Of a DNA stretch of 64,000 nt, positions 61,411 through 64,000 are shown in pieces. The position numbers and the translations under genes were made by a program. The stretch's first letter is position 1, and each line of letters begins with the position of its first letter. Below the pieces are notes generated by a model. That model was not told the DNA's origin. It was given only the letters and a program-made list of their open reading frames with translations, and did not search any database. This DNA comes from Octopus bimaculoides (lineage: Eukaryota): the NCBI RefSeq assembly GCF_001194135.2, contig NC_068982.1:149016105-149080104 (forward strand). Reading direction: 5' to 3'.

Positions 61411-63199
61411 ATATATATATGTATGTATGTATATAATACTGTATATATACTCATATATATATGTGTGCATATATATGCATACACAACCGTGTGTCTGTAT
61501 GCATGTATATGATTGCGCATGTCTATGTATGTCTGTGCTCTTGTCCATATCCATATTATTGGTCTTGTATGAAAAGGCATAACCTTGCAGTTCAACAAAT
61601 GTAAATCAATGAAATAACTAGCAGACTAAAATAAGTACTGGGGGCAATATCATTCACTAAAACCTTTGAAAGCAATGCCCTAGCATTGCTACCACAGTCA
61701 AATGGCTCACAATTACAAAGAATTATAGACAAATTATGATAACATCTGACTGAAATAAGTTTAGTTACAGAAACGAAAAATGCAGTAATTTAGGTAAACT
61801 GAAACATCCACGACCCTAAACCAGTTGTGACAACAAACATCTTAATCACATCAAATTAAATCTAATATTTTCAAAATCGCATCTAAAATAACTTTATTCA
61901 GTTTAATGTTCGAGAAAGGATAAACATGTAGCTCTCTGGAAAGCAACGAAAATAACTGTAGAGACGTAAGGTCTGTCTTATAGACGATGCAATACTTTAG
62001 CAGTATTACATTTTCATTTCTCTAATGGACATTAAGCAGACAGTTGATTTAATATCTCAACTCTGGCACATATTTTGCAATTGCTTTCATTCTCTTGTAG
62101 AGTCTAACGCCTTGTTGACCAGACAAATATCTCACTTTTGAGTACACTAAGTGAATGTATCTATTGAACAAATTCCAATCATGACATTTATATAGATAGA
62201 CAATATAATTTCTCTTTTTTCTCTCTCCATCAAAAAACATCTTAAAATATCTTATTGATTTTGTGCTATATTTATTATTTTATTCCAGAATCTTAATTGT
62301 GAAATGAAATTTACTTCAAATACATGAGTGTACTTTTATATGTGCATGCATTAGACTGTGTATGTGCAAGTGCGTGTGTGTGTGTGAATGTATGTATTGT
62401 GTGTGTGTGTGTGTGTGCGACTGTATGTATGTGTGTGTGTGAGAGAGAGAGAGACTGTATTGGTTTGTGAGTATATATTTTTAGTCAAGCACATGAATAT
62501 ATATGAATATGTAGGTATATAAACATATATTTATATCTACATGTGTCTGATGAGTGTGCAAGTGTATACTTACATACATACATATATACATATATATGTA
62601 TGTATGTATGTATGTATAAACACACACACACAAAAACATACATATATATATATATGTATTTATGTGTTACATACATGTTAGTAAATGTGTGAATGGTATA
62701 TGTGTGTGTACGAGCAAAAGAGAGAGAAAGAGATAAAAACCTAGACATCTAGCTACTGATTTTTCCTGGAAGAACTGTGAAGGTAATTGGCCTCAATATT
62801 ATGTATAGCAAATAAATTATATATATAAAAAAAAAAACATAAATGGACAAAAATAATCATTCAAAATAGGTTATCAAAGAAGAAATACTTCTACATTATC
62901 AATAGTGCAAGCAATATTTTTGTTTCAATAGTATGCTAATGTAATTTGTTATATAATTAGCATAATATTAATACATAGATTTTTTCCTCAGTCGGTGCAG
63001 CTCTTGCAAAAGTATGTCAGCTGCCCAAGTTTTATTAATAAGTTGTATGGTGGATCACTTAGTTGTTGCCAGCTCTCTAACAGGATATTGCATATATATT
63101 TTAATCCAACTAATGCTGCTAGTCAAATTTTGTTAACCTCCTACAAGCATTCTTTCATCCAGTGTATTCTGCTACTAAAATATTTGGTGCTATGGTTTT

Positions 63200-63360
63200 T
63201 GTACCATTTCATTGGGTGTATGGTTAAGAAGCTTGCTTCTCAATCATGCAGTTTGGGGTTCAGTCCCACAGCTCAGCAACATGGGCAAGTGTCTTCTACT
63301 ATAATCTTCGGTTGATCAGATCTTTGTGAGTGAATTTAAAAGATGGAAACTAAAAGAAGC
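63200..63360 (+). mobile_element. SINE family B 5' half
   Basis: gtgtatggttaagaagcttgc..ggggttcagtccc..catgggcaagtgtcttctac. Confidence 0.75.
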
Positions 63361-63369
63361 CTATTGTGC

Positions 63370-63403
<34 letters not shown>

Positions 63404-63419
63404 TAGCCGATGCCAGTGT

Positions 63420-64000
63420 AACATAACCGATACCTATGCCAGTGGCATGTGCAGAGCACCCTTGGAACGTTGGGCCTCACAAAGGGGATAAGTGACTGAG
63501 ACCTTTAACAATATGTCATGCTTGAAAGTGGTGAGCTGGTAAAACATTAGCATGCCAGGCGAAATGCTTAGCAGTATTTCGTTTGTCTTTACATTCTGAG
63601 TTCAAATCTGCCAAGGTTGACTTTGCCTTTCATCTTTTTGGGGTCGATAAATTAAGTACCAGTTGCATCCTGGAGTCGATCTAAATGACTGGCCCCCCCT
63701 CCCCAAAATTTTCGGGCTTTGTGCTTAGAGTAGAAAAGAATATGCCATGCTTAAGAAGACTCTGTCAAACCAAGTGAAATTGTAGTTGTGACTGATACTG
63801 GTGTCATGTAAATGACACCCATGCCACTAGTATATAAAAAGCACCCATTACACTCTCAAAGTGGTTGGCATTAGGAAGGGCATCCAGCTGTAGAAACCTT
63901 GCCAAATCAGATTGGAACCTGGTGCAGCTCTCCAGCTTACTAGTTTCAGTCAAATTGTCTAACCCATGCCAGCATGGAAAGCAGACGCTACATGATGATA
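63420..64000 (+). mobile_element. RTE 3' end with a nested SINE family A copy (63524-63738)
   Basis: gaacgttgggcctcac ORF end; TSD aatatgtcatgctt / aatatgccatgctt at 63510 and 63739; the UTR runs to the window end. Confidence 0.85.

Overview
AT-rich, gap-riddled eukaryotic DNA with no securely identifiable intact protein-coding gene. The repeat repertoire (tRNA-derived SINEs, RTE and R4/Dong LINE debris, Tc1/maT transposons, dense AT/CAT/AAT/GATA microsatellites) suggests a coleoid cephalopod, probably Octopus; this is inference and was not checked. Most ORFs in the track are microsatellite or transposon artefacts. Recognisable coding remnants are a decayed alpha-tubulin pseudogene (about 21.6-22.5 kb), a Tc3-like DD34E transposase, three maT/DD37D elements plus a fragment, and many LINE fragments. 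The most notable signal is a set of type I hammerhead ribozyme (HHR) motifs. Three have complete catalytic cores on the minus strand (4161-4222, 37247-37291, 46513-46584), one on the plus strand has an intact core but decayed stems (7688-7787), and several more are decayed. One lies in a 350-nt unit with 61-bp direct terminal repeats, the architecture expected of a non-LTR retrozyme or Penelope pseudo-LTR. Also seen: an apparent AATAT target-site preference for one SINE family, and closely spaced inverted repeats that could form dsRNA. Repeat boundaries are approximate (about +/-20 bp) unless target-site duplications (TSDs) or terminal inverted repeats (TIRs) are quoted.
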